A DNA stretch of 64,000 nucleotides, from positions 186,001 to 250,000 of the forward strand of contig JANHCV010000016.1 in NCBI GenBank assembly GCA_025594325.1. The letters run 5' to 3'. Both the position numbers and the translations under genes were made by a program. How positions within the stretch are numbered: the first letter of the stretch is position 1; each line of letters starts with the position of its first letter. Origin of the DNA: Blastocladiella emersonii ATCC 22665. Taxonomy: Eukaryota > Fungi > Blastocladiomycota. Shown here in pieces: positions 42,053 to 53,700 of the stretch. The notes beneath the pieces were generated by a model. That model did not search any database. It had not been told where the DNA came from and saw only the letters and a list, made by a program, of their open reading frames with translations.

Positions 42053-45000
42053 ATGGACTCGGCGCTAGACGCTTCGGCGCGCTCGACGCTGCTGCCGGCG
42101 TCGTCGGGCCCGGCGTCGCTCGCGCCCTCGGCCCCGCCGTCCGCCGACACGAGTGTCGCGGGCAGCGCCGCCAACACGGTCCCGCGTAACGCCAACGTCA
42201 CGCTGTCGTCGTCCTCGTTCCTCGAGTCGGATGTCGCCGCCTCGGTCGCGTCGCTGCCGCCGCACCCGGCCGCTGCTCAACAACCGCCACCGACCACTAC
42301 CGCCGTCGCGGGCGTGACCGAGCTCCCCGGCACCTACTTCTTCGACCCGCAGCCGTCGACGCGCGACCTTCCGCTCGTGGTGGGCGCCGAGGCGACGGCC
42401 GCGACATCGGTGCCCGCGCCCGTGCTCGCGCTGGGCCTGTTCAACCCGAGCGAGATCGAGGCGCTGCGCGGGTCCGGCCTGCTGTTCGCGGTGGCCGGCG
42501 GCGTGTGGCTCGTCAACCTGCTCGGCGCGGGGCTCTCGGGCACGCTGCTGGTCGCGCTCGGCGGCGTCCACTACTACAACATGTCGCGCGGCAAGCTCGC
42601 CAACAAGGTGCGGCTCGAGGCCGAGTTCAACGCGTCGCGCCGCCGGCTCCAGCTCGGCGCCGAGGAGGCCGACTGGTTCAACACCATCCTCGCCAAGTTC
42701 TGGCTCGCCTACGAGCCCACGCTGTCGGCGACGATCCAGGCTTCGCTCGGTACGCTTTCTGCCGCTCCGATCTTTGTGATAACGCGTACTCACTTCTCAA
42801 ACCCGACAACAGAGCCGATCCTCGAGTGGGTGTGCCCGACCTTCATCGACTCGATGAAGTTCTCGCACTTCACGCTCGGCACCTTCCCGCCGCAGCTGCG
42901 CAACATCATCTCGGCGCGCCACCAGCCCGACGATATCATCGACTTCCAGTTCGACCTGTCGCTCGGCTCGTTTGGCCCGCGTGGCCCGACCGCCCGCAAG
43001 GCCTCGGGCAGCCGCGGCACGTCGCAGGAGGACCTGACGGGCTCCTCGGCCAGCCTCGCCGGCGGCGCCACGGCTTCGACCGGTGCGCCCGGCGGCGACG
43101 ACGGCACGGGCGACGACACGCCGGCGGACGCAACCAACTCGCGGATCGACCTGGTGGTCCGCATCAAGGGCATCTCGCTGACGGTGCGGGCCGAGAACAT
43201 CACGGTCGAGGGCCGGATGCGCGTGCGCATGAAGCTCATGACGGCGTTCCCGCACGTCAAGGTGCTGGAGCTGTGGTTCCTCGAGGCGCCGCGCATCGGG
43301 TTCGAGCTGCGCCCGCTCGGGTCGTTTGACGTGAACGCGCTCGGGTCGATCCGCAAGTGGCTCGACGACACCATCGCCTGGGCCATCAACACCAACCTCG
43401 TGTACCCGGTCCCGCTCGTCTTGCCGTTCGACGACTGGTTCAACAACCCGATGCTCGAGGCCGACAAGTCCATCGGCGTCCTCGTCGTCCACGTCCGCTT
43501 TGCCAAGGGGCTCAAGAACGCGGACCTCATTGGCAAGTCGGACCCCTTCGCCCGCATCGTCGTCGGGTCCAACGTCGTCGGCAAGACCAACGTCATCAAC
43601 AACAACCTCAACCCGACGTGGGACGAGATCAAGTACGTGCCGATCGGCGACCTCAAGGACGCCGGCCTCCGCCTCGAGGTGTTCGACTACGACAAGTCGG
43701 CCAAGAACAAGATGCTCGGGTTCGTCGAGATCGACCTCGCGTCGATTGACCAGGCCAAGGGCGGCAAGCTGCCCGTCTCCACCTTCAACCTTACCGACAA
43801 CGAGCGCCGCGCCGGGTGCGGGTCCATCACCGCCGACATCAGCTTCTACCCGGTCGTCATCCCGACGGACCCCGCCGTCGCTGCTGCTGCTGCCTCCGCT
43901 GCGCCTGCCGCCGACGGCTCGACGACCGCTGCGCCGGCCCCTGTCGCCCCCGTCGTCCCCGCGCCCGAGTGCACGTCGGGCCTGCTCAAGGTGACGGTGC
44001 ACGCGGCCAAGAACCTCGAGGGCGGGTCGAAGCTGCGCAGTCCGCAGACCTTTGTGGCGTTCAACGGCGAGGAGGTGTTCAAGTCGCGCATCAAGAAGCA
44101 CAGCAACAACCCGCTGTGGGAGGAGTCGTTCGAGGTGTTCGTGCCCGACTTCCGCACCGCCAAGCTGCACTTCAAGGTCAAGGACGACGCGCCCATCGTC
44201 AAGCTGGGCGCCAGTGACTCGTCGCTCGGCCAGGTCACGGTCTCGGTCGCGTCGGCGCTGAAAAAGGACTTCAAGGACGACTGGTACACGCTCGCCGACG
44301 GCAACTCGCGCGACGCCAAGCTGCGCATGACCATGAAGTGGCGCCCGGTCCCGCTCAAGAACGACAGCGCGCACGCGTCGATCGGCGCGCTCCGCGTCCG
44401 CGTCCTCGGGTGCTCGGACCTCAAGTCGTCGGTCGTCATGACGTCCTCGGTCAACCCGTACGTCCGCCTGCTCACCAGCTCCAAGGTGCGCGCGCAGACG
44501 CGCCGGCTCACCGATACCGCCAACCCCGAGTTCCACGAGACCCTGTTCGCGCTCGTCCGCGACGTCGCCGAGCCCGTCGTCCTGCAGGTCTGGGACTACT
44601 CGCGCACCCGCAAGGACGCGCTGATCGGGACCGCGACGCTCGACGTGAGCAAGTACGTGACGGTGAACCCCGCGACGGGCGCCGTCGAGCCCCGCGGGTC
44701 CGAGCCCGACGACCTCCGCCTGTTCCACCTCGACCACCCGAACAAGACGCGCGGCCGCATGTCGGTCGAGGTGTCGTTCCACCCCAAGGAGACGGTGGCG
44801 GCTGCGCCCGCGGGCGCCGTGGCGACCGCGCCCGATCTCGCGGCGACGTCGCCGCGCACGTGCGGCGTGCTCAAGGTCAACATCCACCAGCTCAAGGACC
44901 TGCCGCGCAAGGGCAACTCGTTCGTCGAGGTGTTTGCCGACGACCCGCAGCTGTGCATGTTCCGCACGGTCACCCGCAAGAAGACGGCCGACCCGATCTT

Positions 45001-47125
45001 CGAGCAGTCGTGCGAGGTCTTTGTGCGCAACGTGTACGCGACGCTGCTCAAGCTCAACGTGCGCGAGGACGCGACCGCGGGGAACACGGGGCCGGGCGAC
45101 GGCGTGGCCGCGGGCGCCGTCAACGCCGCGAAATCGCTCACGTCTACGGCCGCCGCCGGGCTCGTGTCCGCGGTCTCGGCCGGGTCCAACTCGGGCAACG
45201 CGTCGGCGGCGACGGGCAAGTCGCACCCGCTCGTCGGGTTCCTCGAGACGCTGGTGGCCGAGCCGTTCGGGGATGAGCGGTGGTACGAGCTGAGCAGCGG
45301 CGGCCGCGCCAAGCTGTCGTTCGAGTTCACGCCGGTCCACTGCACCATCGACGCGTCCGAGTCGCACGGCAACGTCGGGATGCTGCACCTCGAGGTGGTG
45401 GGCGCGCGCGGGCTGCCGAGCACCGACCGGCTCGGGCGGTCCGACCCGTTCGCGATCGTCATGCTCAACGACGAGCGGTGGCACCGCACCGGCGTCCAGA
45501 AGAAGACGCTCAACCCGGTGTGGAAGGAGCGCGTCAAGATCCCCATCGTCAACCGCAACCGGTCCGCGCTCAAGGTTGAAATATTTGATTGGGACAGGGT
45601 CGGCGAGAACGAGCGCATCGGCGGCGCCGAGGTCAATCTCGGCGAAATCGCCCTCGACACGCAGCAGACGGTCGAGGTCCCGCTCATCGACGCGCCCGGG
45701 TTCGTCGTCCTCAGCTACCGCTTCGAGCCGCAGCGCATGGACAAGGTCCCCTCGCGCGCCATGACCCTCACCCGCGCCACGCTCGACCGGTTCGACCCGC
45801 GCCGCGTCCTCGGCAACGCCAAGTTCTCCTCGTCGTTCCGCCAGTCGGGCGACCCGACCGCCACGGGCAGCAGCGTCTCGGCCATCAACACGCTCGCGTC
45901 GTCGTCGTCGGCCAACAACTCGCGGTCCGGGCTCCTCGCCGGCGACGAGGCCGGGTCGCCGACCGACCCGTCGTCCTCCGTGGCGGCCGCGCACATGAGC
46001 GGCCCGCTCGACGACGGCGCCGGCGGGATCGACGGCAGCCTGCCCGGCAGCGGCGCCGGGTCGGCCGAGAACCTGTCGCGGTCGGCGTCGACGGATTTCG
46101 GGTCCAACAGCTCGCTCAACACGTTCGTCGACGAGCACACCGAGAAGGTGAGCGAGCGCGGCGCCGTGACGGTCACGGTGATCGAGGCGCAGGACCTCCC
46201 CGCCGTCGACCGCGACGGCATGTCGGACCCGTACGTCAAGATCCGGCTGACGCCGACGGGCGCGGCGGCCTCGGTGACCTCGCGCACCGTGATCAAGTTC
46301 GAGACGCGCACCGTGTCCAACGAGCTCAACCCGGTGTGGGAGCAGACGTTCACGTCCGCCCTCCCAAAACACGTGCTGGGGACCGACGTGTTCACGGCGC
46401 GCGTCGCCGTGTGGGACCGCAACCGGGCCTCGTCCGACACGCTGATCGGGACCTTCGAGTTCAACGTGTGGGACCTCGTCCACGAGCGCGTCCACAAGCG
46501 CCGCGTCGTGCACGACCCGCGCGGGCTCGGCTGGGCGTACATCCAGCAGGACCTCTGGCTCACGCTCGCCCTCGACCCCGCGGCTGTCGCCCTCGCGGAT
46601 AAGGTCAAGCGCAGCCAGTCCAAGCTCAACGGGCCGTCCGAGGATGATGGCAGTGAGATGGCGCGGCCCGCGCGCATCCGGATCCTCGTCGCCGTCCTGG
46701 TCCCGTCCAAGGCGCTCGACCGCCTCACCGGTGTCGCGCCGCGCCCGCTGCCCCCCGGCATGGCCAGCGCCACGCCCGACGACGAGTACTGGCGCGACCA
46801 GGTGCTGTTCCCGACGTCGCTGCTCGGGCACGGGCACGAGATTGGCGGGTCGCCGCCGGCCACGGCCGAGTACCGCCCGAACGGCACCATGGGCGAGTAC
46901 CTGACGGCGGCGAACGCGGGCGGCGCCGGCGGGCGGCACCGCGACGCGAGCAACGACGCGGCGAGTATCATCTCGTCCAAGTCGTCGTCGAACAAGCTCA
47001 CCTCTGGGTTCAAGCGCGTGTTCGGGCGCGGCTCCAAGGACGGCAAGCACGGTGGGTCGTCGTCGGCGCACTCGTCGAGCGAGGGCGGGCTGCACGGCAG
47101 TTCGTCGTTTATGCCGGATCATTAA
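42053..47125 (+). CDS. TCB: Tricalbin/extended synaptotagmin (TM hairpin, SMP domain, multiple C2 domains)
   Basis: EEADWFNTILAKFW..YEP SMP start, FTLGT.PP, and C2 motifs GKSDPFA, SDPFA and SDPYVK. Probable in-frame intron near 42750-42812. Confidence 0.92.
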   Translation: MDSALDASARSTLLPASSGPASLAPSAPPSADTSVAGSAANTVPRNANVTLSSSSFLESDVAASVASLPPHPAAAQQPPPTTTAVAGVTELPGTYFFDPQPSTRDLPLVVGAEATAATSVPAPVLALGLFNPSEIEALRGSGLLFAVAGGVWLVNLLGAGLSGTLLVALGGVHYYNMSRGKLANKVRLEAEFNASRRRLQLGAEEADWFNTILAKFWLAYEPTLSATIQASLGTLSAAPIFVITRTHFSNPTTEPILEWVCPTFIDSMKFSHFTLGTFPPQLRNIISARHQPDDIIDFQFDLSLGSFGPRGPTARKASGSRGTSQEDLTGSSASLAGGATASTGAPGGDDGTGDDTPADATNSRIDLVVRIKGISLTVRAENITVEGRMRVRMKLMTAFPHVKVLELWFLEAPRIGFELRPLGSFDVNALGSIRKWLDDTIAWAINTNLVYPVPLVLPFDDWFNNPMLEADKSIGVLVVHVRFAKGLKNADLIGKSDPFARIVVGSNVVGKTNVINNNLNPTWDEIKYVPIGDLKDAGLRLEVFDYDKSAKNKMLGFVEIDLASIDQAKGGKLPVSTFNLTDNERRAGCGSITADISFYPVVIPTDPAVAAAAASAAPAADGSTTAAPAPVAPVVPAPECTSGLLKVTVHAAKNLEGGSKLRSPQTFVAFNGEEVFKSRIKKHSNNPLWEESFEVFVPDFRTAKLHFKVKDDAPIVKLGASDSSLGQVTVSVASALKKDFKDDWYTLADGNSRDAKLRMTMKWRPVPLKNDSAHASIGALRVRVLGCSDLKSSVVMTSSVNPYVRLLTSSKVRAQTRRLTDTANPEFHETLFALVRDVAEPVVLQVWDYSRTRKDALIGTATLDVSKYVTVNPATGAVEPRGSEPDDLRLFHLDHPNKTRGRMSVEVSFHPKETVAAAPAGAVATAPDLAATSPRTCGVLKVNIHQLKDLPRKGNSFVEVFADDPQLCMFRTVTRKKTADPIFEQSCEVFVRNVYATLLKLNVREDATAGNTGPGDGVAAGAVNAAKSLTSTAAAGLVSAVSAGSNSGNASAATGKSHPLVGFLETLVAEPFGDERWYELSSGGRAKLSFEFTPVHCTIDASESHGNVGMLHLEVVGARGLPSTDRLGRSDPFAIVMLNDERWHRTGVQKKTLNPVWKERVKIPIVNRNRSALKVEIFDWDRVGENERIGGAEVNLGEIALDTQQTVEVPLIDAPGFVVLSYRFEPQRMDKVPSRAMTLTRATLDRFDPRRVLGNAKFSSSFRQSGDPTATGSSVSAINTLASSSSANNSRSGLLAGDEAGSPTDPSSSVAAAHMSGPLDDGAGGIDGSLPGSGAGSAENLSRSASTDFGSNSSLNTFVDEHTEKVSERGAVTVTVIEAQDLPAVDRDGMSDPYVKIRLTPTGAAASVTSRTVIKFETRTVSNELNPVWEQTFTSALPKHVLGTDVFTARVAVWDRNRASSDTLIGTFEFNVWDLVHERVHKRRVVHDPRGLGWAYIQQDLWLTLALDPAAVALADKVKRSQSKLNGPSEDDGSEMARPARIRILVAVLVPSKALDRLTGVAPRPLPPGMASATPDDEYWRDQVLFPTSLLGHGHEIGGSPPATAEYRPNGTMGEYLTAANAGGAGGRHRDASNDAASIISSKSSSNKLTSGFKRVFGRGSKDGKHGGSSSAHSSSEGGLHGSSSFMPDH

Positions 47126-47167
47126 TCAACTACTACAGCAGTATACATTTCATTTTGGCCTTCATCC

Positions 47168-48866
47168 TTACTCGCCGCGCGACTTGCGCAGCACCCGGTC
47201 GAGGTTGGCCTGGGCCTCGCGGCGCGCGTCCACGAGCCCGGCGCCGCGGGCGACCAGGAGCGACTCGCGCAGGGCGCGCGCGGCCGCGTCAAAGTCGCCC
47301 ATGAGCTCGCTCACCCGGCCGAGGTTGTTGAGGGCGGCGGCGCGGCACTCGCCGCACTCGGGCGCCGACTTGGCGTCGGTCGAGTCGCGCGCGCGCACGA
47401 GCCAGCGTTTCGCCTCGGCGAGGTACTCGGCGGGGGCAGGGGAGTCGCCACCTTCGCGCGCTTGCGCGTGCTCGTAGCCCGCGACCAGGTCGCCCGCGAG
47501 ATTGTTCATGACGCTCGCGCGGCGGCAGTACACGTCGCGGGCGTCGGTGCCCGGCATGTACCCGAGCAGCGTGCGGCGGAGCGCCGCGGCGTACGCCGGC
47601 TGGTGCCGCGAGGCGTAGTGCGTGGCCATTTCCTCGAGCAGCGCGACGAGACCGGCGGGCGGGTTCGGGGAGCCGGCGGTCGCCGAGACGGTGGGAGGAG
47701 GGACGGAGCCGCGGAGGAGGTGGCCGAGGTGTGCCTGGACGGCGGCGTGCGCGTGCGCGTGCTCAGCGCCGGTCGGTGGGGCCGACGCGAGTAGGAAAGT
47801 GCCGAGCGCCATCGAGTAGTACCGGTCGGTGCCCCAGTTGGGCGTCTCCTTCCTCCCGCCAGCGGCGTCCTTGGCGACGGCCGCCGCGGCGGACTCGGGG
47901 TTGGCCTCGAGGTACGCGGCGGCGCGAGCCATGTGGGCCAGAATCGCCGCGACGCGCTCGAGTTTCGCGGACGCGACCGCCGGCGCGTGCCACGGGACCG
48001 CGGCGCGGCGGTGGTTGTTCCGCTCGCCGGCGTCCGCGTACCAGGCGACGAGCGACTCGAGGCCGCGGTGGTACCAGCGGAGCGCGGGGACGGGCGCGGT
48101 CTGGTCGGCGTAGAAGCGCGCGAGCTGGAGGGCGATGCCGGCCTCGAGGTCGAGGTGACCCCCCGCCTTGGCCGCGTCCCACGCCGTCAGGTAAAACGCC
48201 TCGGCCTTGGCAGCGTCGGGCACGTAGTGGTGGTACAGGACCGCGGACCGCAGCGGGGAACGCACGGCCGACGGGTACATCCACAGGTTCTGCAGGCGCA
48301 CCCACAGGTTGCCGGTCGTCGACAGCAGGCGCGCCTCGCGCGCGTCGTCCTCGTCGGCGGTCAGCGATACACCGAAGGGGTCCTCGCCGGAGCGCGGACC
48401 GGTGGTGTTCGTGGTGTCGAGGTCGATGCGCTCGCTCGACTTGGCGCCGACGTAGTAGATGGACCCGCCGATCAGGAGCGCCGAGAGCATGTACATGGGC
48501 ACGCTGTCTGTATGGGTTCCTCTCGTCAGTATCCCGCGTCGTGGCGCGGCGGCGAGAGAACAACGTACAGGGACTCTCATCCTCGACCTGCTGCTGCCCA
48601 CCAGGCCCGCCCGCCTGCGGACCGCCGGCAACGGGCGCGGGGGCGGCCTGCGCCTGGAGCGTGGCGAGCGGCGCGGCGGACCACGTCGGGCCGGACGTCA
48701 TGGCGTCGCCCTGGCCCTGCTGCGAGGATGGCGGCTGGGTCGACTGGGACTGGAAGCGGCGCACGGCGGCCATCCGCATCGGGGCCAGCGAGCGCGTCAA
48801 AGACGCGGCGGCGGCGGCGGAACGGGCCGCGGGCCGGGCGAGACGCGATAGGAGCGACATTTGCAT
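47168..48866 (-). CDS. Mitochondrial TPR protein, Mgr3/TTC19-like; two exons
   Basis: Arg/Ser/Ala-rich presequence (LLSRLARPAARS..RRFQS), one TM (MLSALLIGGSIYYV), YP..VR.PLR.A..Y, and TPR-like NNLA/NNLG repeats. Confidence 0.6.
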
Positions 48867-49024
48867 TGGCTACGTGATGAAGGGCAGCGGAGAGAGAGGA
48901 CAGAGTTGCGAGGTCGGCGCGGGTGTTGACGAGCGGCCGCCGCCGAGATCGCGGCGACGCACACGCACATGTACCTCACGCCCTGCACGCAGAACCGGCC
49001 GCCGTCGCCGCTGAATGTAACCTG

Positions 49025-51432
49025 ATGCAACCTCGATCCCGTCAACAGCAGAAACCGGTGCCGGCGGGCCACTACGTCAAGTTCGGCACGCCGCTGGCAC
49101 GGTCGTCGGGGAGCGACTCGCTCGCGCTCGACCTCGCCCGCCCCGGCGGCGCCCGGTCCATCACCCCAAACGTCCCCGTGTGGAAGCAGGAGGTCACGGA
49201 CGAGCAGGGCCGCCGCCGCCTGCACGGCGCCTTCAAGGGCGGCTTCTCGGCCGGCTACTACAACACGGTCGGCAGCAAGGAAGGTGGGTACGTCTCAGCT
49301 TTCGCTCAAGCGCAGTGTGCCCGACCCTCACCATCCGCCAAACTGTAGGATGGACGCCCGCGACCTTCACGTCGTCGCGCGCCGCGCGGTCCGACCGCAA
49401 GGCGATGCGGCCCGAGGACTACATGGACGACGAGGACCGCGAGGACGCGGTTGACGGGAAGCAGCTGCGCGTTGCGGGCCCGAAACCCGAGACCTCCGCC
49501 GCGGCAGGCGCGGCAGCGGACCCGATCCAGCGCCTGTTCGTCCCGCAGCCCGCGGCCGGCGGCACCGGCGGCGCCGACTCGCTCGGGATGCGTCTCCTGC
49601 GCCGCGCCGGGTACCGCGACGGCGTGCTCCCGGACGCGCTGCCGACGCGCGACTCGGCGATGCGCGGGAACGCCGGGCTCGGGTTCCGCGAAGCGAGCAA
49701 CCCGTTCGGCCGCGTCGTCCGTGAGCCCGCCGCCGCTGCGCCACCAACCGCGACAGCAGCAGCCCCGCTCGGGATCCGCGGCGGGATCGGGCTCGGCGTG
49801 CTCAACGACGAGGACGACGACGACGCGAACGTGTACGACGACGTGCCCGTCGCGCCGGGCGCGGACCTCGAGACGGCCGCCGCGGCGGCCACGGGGCTCG
49901 CGCCGCTCCCGCAGCTCGTCACGCAGCGCAAGAAGAAGAAAGCAGCCGCGGCGGCGCCGGCGGGGATCGTCCCGCCCGAGCTCACCGTGTGCAGCGACGG
50001 GCTGCGCGCGGTCCCCGGCTTCGTCGTTGGCGCCAAGGCCTTCACGGTCCCACCGCGTAAGGCATACCCCGCGCCACCCGTCCCGCCCGGATGGACGCCG
50101 CGGCCGCCAATCGTGTTCCGCCCACCACCGCCGCCAGGAGCGGGACAGCGGCCGCTGGAAAAACCACGGTCAGTGCAGCAGCAGCCCGTGACCGCGGTCG
50201 CCGCACCGCTGACGGGCCCGCGCGCAGCGCCCGTGGCGCGCGACGTGGCCGAGGCCGCGCTCGCCGCGTCGTACAAGCCGTTCGAGGGCGCTAAGCGCGC
50301 GCGGTACCTCGCCTTTTGCGAGTTTTACGCCGGCCAGCGGATCGTCATGCCTGTACGTCCTCCAGTACGCCCACACCCGTTTCACGCCAACTGACGATAC
50401 TCGTGGGAACAGACCGTGGACGACGCCGAATCCGTCGAATTCGCCGCAACGGCCAACCTGTTCCGGCCCATGTCGACGCAACTCGAGGCGCGGTTCACGC
50501 GCGCGCACGTCCAGGTCGGCGACGCCACGCCCGCCGACTCCGACGCCGAGCAGCGCGTCGAGACGCGGACCCCCGCCGAGGAGGCTGCTGCCGCCGGCCG
50601 GTTCGGCAGCCTGACGCGCGAGGTGGTCGACTTTTTCCCCGCGCGGCTCCTGTGCAAGCGGTTCGGTGTGCCCGTCCCGCTGAACGGCGCGGCGCCGAGC
50701 GCGCGAGGAGGCGAGCGCGAGAGCGCCGTCGGGCAGCTCCTGTCGGCGGACACCATGGCCGAGATCCTGCGCGGCGGTTCTGGGGGAATGGGCGGCATGT
50801 TCCACGCGAGCCGCGGCCTCACGCCGCCAAACCCCGCGCAGGCCGACGACGAGGATCCGCTCCCGCCGCGCGCCCAGGACGTGCTGCTGCGCGTGCGGCG
50901 GCCGCCGCAGGAGGTGTTTGACAAGATCTTTGGCGTCGCGACCATGGCGCTCGCGGCACACCTCGCGGCCACGGCGTCGGGCAAGCCGGCGGCAGCCAGT
51001 GAAGAAGATCTCCCGCAGGTCGTCGTTGACGCGTCCGCCGCGGACCTACCCGCGGCCGCGGTCGCGCGGATCGTCGCGCAGGCCGACTCTGGCACGGAGC
51101 CAAAGCCGAAACCTGCGGTCGCGGTCCCACCCGTGGCGGCCAGCGGCAACTACACGCGCGTCGACGAGCGCGACGTGGCGGAGCGCGCGCTCGCCGAGGC
51201 CGGCGGCGCCGACGCGGTCGCGGTCAAGTTCAAGCCGCGGTTCAAGCGCAAGCTCCCCGTCGCTGCTGCTGCGGGCACGGAGGAGGAGGGTGTGGTGCAG
51301 GTCCCGCTGCGGCCCGCCAAGAAGTCCAAGTCGAACGGGTCCGCAGCGGCAGCAGCAGCGGGCAAGCGTAGCGGCGCTCGCGGAGGAGCCAAGTTCGCGG
51401 CGCTGTCTTTTGGCGACGACGACGAGATGTAG
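49025..51432 (+). CDS. G-patch domain-containing protein 1 (GPATCH1-like); three exons
   Basis: [37 protein letters not shown]|[17 protein letters not shown]-patch [12 protein letters not shown], and the late motif A.FG.LTR....FFP..LLCKRF.V. Confidence 0.92.
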
Positions 51433-52172
51433 CCGCGAGCGAGCGAATACATGTTGTCGATGGACATCGATGGCCGCGACGAGCTTGGACGGCCGCGTCT
51501 CATCGATCCAGGCCGGATCACGGCCATCGTACGGCGCACGGCGTATGGCTACCAAGTTCCCTTGGCGGCCACGGCTGCTGCCGCCTGCTCCGCGATGATC
51601 CGCACCGGAGCGAGCGAACGCCGCAGTCGCTGCGGAAGGTCGCAGCCAGAACCCCTGTCGCAGCAGCGCAGCGCAGAGGCCGCCGTGGCCATCGCCGCAG
51701 CGCGAAGCGGCAAGTCGGCGCCAACTCGCTCGCGAGAACGGTGTCGAACGATATGCCACGGAAAACGTGGGAGAACCCCGTCGTCGTGCTTGTTGCATCG
51801 CGCGCGAGGCTGCACGCCATGGTGCGCGCACACAGCACGTCGCGGGTGACGATGGCGTGCGCGCACGGCCTCGTGCTGGCTGGACACGCCATGCTGTGCC
51901 ACGTCAGTGTGGCCGTGGCCGCGACCATGAGCGGTGAGTGGGAGGGGAGAGCGGGATCAGATCGGGGCGGGCCGGAGGAGAAGAAGAAGAAGAACGTGCA
52001 CCGTTGGTTGCAAACGGCAAGATTCAATTCAACAAGGGCGGGAAAAGTCCCGGGACGGTAAGCAACGTCATGGGGTCGTGCTAAGCGCCCGCCTCTATAA
52101 AAGGGCGCCGCCCCCCGCACGCACCATCTCTCCTCCACATCCATCCAGCATCCGTCCCTCGCAACAACAACT

Positions 52173-53198
52173 ATGCCAGTCGTCCAGATTTCCTCGGCCG
52201 CTCCGGGCACGGCGCTCAGCACGATCCCGCCACCCGTCATGCGCCGCCCGGGCTCGCGATCCGCATCCTCGCGCCCGTTACCCACAGAGTACACGTGCAA
52301 GGTGCGCAAGCTGCGCGGCGCCGACGCCCAGGCCGCGCTGTACCGGACGTTCGTGCGCACGTCGTCGCCGCTGTCGGTCCTCGCCGGCGACGAGCACCCG
52401 CCGTCCGTCCTCAAGACGAGTTTCCGGTCGATCCACATGCGCGCGCGGCCCGTCGATCCCATGGTCCCGCTGTCGCGCGACGCGGTCGTCTACTTTTCGG
52501 GTGGTAACGACGATCGGCCGGGGTCTGCACCCGCAACCGCGGATCCCGAGCTCCCCGCCGAGTGCCTCGGCACGCCGCCGCCGACGTACCCGATGTGCGG
52601 TGCAGCCTACTCGGCCGAGCCGCCGCAGTACACGTTCACGGCTGTGTCGACAACAACGGCGCCGCGCGGGCGCACGTCGATCCTCGGCGGGCTCGTTGGG
52701 CGCGCCCGGTCCGTGTCGCGCAGCCGCGCCTCGAACTTTGCCGCGTCCGACTCGCCCTCCTCTTCAACAACCCCGATCCCGCCACCCGTCGGCGACTGCG
52801 GCGAGTCGGACGACCCGACCTCGGCGTGGATGGGCGTGGTGCGGATCACATCGGTGCAGTCGACCGATGCGCACGACGAGGTGGTGACGCACCACTGCCA
52901 GTTTGCGGGGCTCGACCCGGCCGCGTTGCACCACCCGGTCGTGTCCGTGTCGCGCAGCTTCGAGCTGATCGTGCGCGCCGTGGCGAGCCACCTGCGCGCC
53001 AAGCGCGTGGCGGGGAGCGGCGACCCGGCGGTGCACGAGCTCGTGGTGCACGTCCCCGCCGACGACGTGGCGCGCCGGCTCGCCATGAAGCGGCTCGCGG
53101 TCCCGCTCGCGGGCGAGTACGTCGACCCGCTCGCGCCTGGTGGTGGGCAGACGGTCATGATGTACGCGGTCGAGCTGCAGGCGTTCTTTTCGGCCTGA
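52173..53198 (+). CDS. Hypothetical protein
   Basis: 341-aa single ORF with strong codon bias and a TATAAAA upstream at about 52096. No recognised domain. Confidence 0.55.
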   Translation: MPVVQISSAAPGTALSTIPPPVMRRPGSRSASSRPLPTEYTCKVRKLRGADAQAALYRTFVRTSSPLSVLAGDEHPPSVLKTSFRSIHMRARPVDPMVPLSRDAVVYFSGGNDDRPGSAPATADPELPAECLGTPPPTYPMCGAAYSAEPPQYTFTAVSTTTAPRGRTSILGGLVGRARSVSRSRASNFAASDSPSSSTTPIPPPVGDCGESDDPTSAWMGVVRITSVQSTDAHDEVVTHHCQFAGLDPAALHHPVVSVSRSFELIVRAVASHLRAKRVAGSGDPAVHELVVHVPADDVARRLAMKRLAVPLAGEYVDPLAPGGGQTVMMYAVELQAFFSA

Positions 53199-53700
53199 TT
53201 CTTTGTTCTTGTCCCTTGGTGTGTTGTTCCTCCCTCGATTCCCGACTCTCTCTTCGACTTTCATCCATTCATTCGTGTGCCTGCGTGACTACTCTTGATC
53301 AAAACATATACTCTCTCTGGTAATGGGCTCCCCTCTCGTCTTCAACTCAGCGTCCTGAGTGCCGTGAAGCTCTGCACTCGATCCCAGTGCCGTGATAGCT
53401 GTAGGCGGAGCGCGAGCGCCGCATTGCACACACGGGCGACAAAGCGGATGGCAGCGCGCGTGTCCTTGTGACGCAGGCGACTGGTCCCGTTGCGTCTAGT
53501 TCCATTCCTGAGCGCGTCACGCGTATCCGGGGGAGGCAGGCGGGAGAGAAGCGAGAGAAGGCGGGGGACGCGGCGGCGGGGCGCTGGGCGGGGCGCGCCA
53601 CTTCGAAAACGCTCGACTCACCGCAACCCGCAATCCTCCGTCTCGTCCGCTCTCCGTCCCGCGACGCCACCACCGACGACGACGACGCGCCCCCGCCGCC

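Noticed and set aside
42797-47122. 1441-aa minus-strand ORF, and similar long ORFs at 3978..5345, 19210..20694, 32379..34331 and 35110..37002
   Set aside because: These are antisense shadows of GC3-biased genes. They are Arg/Gly/Ala-rich with no domains.
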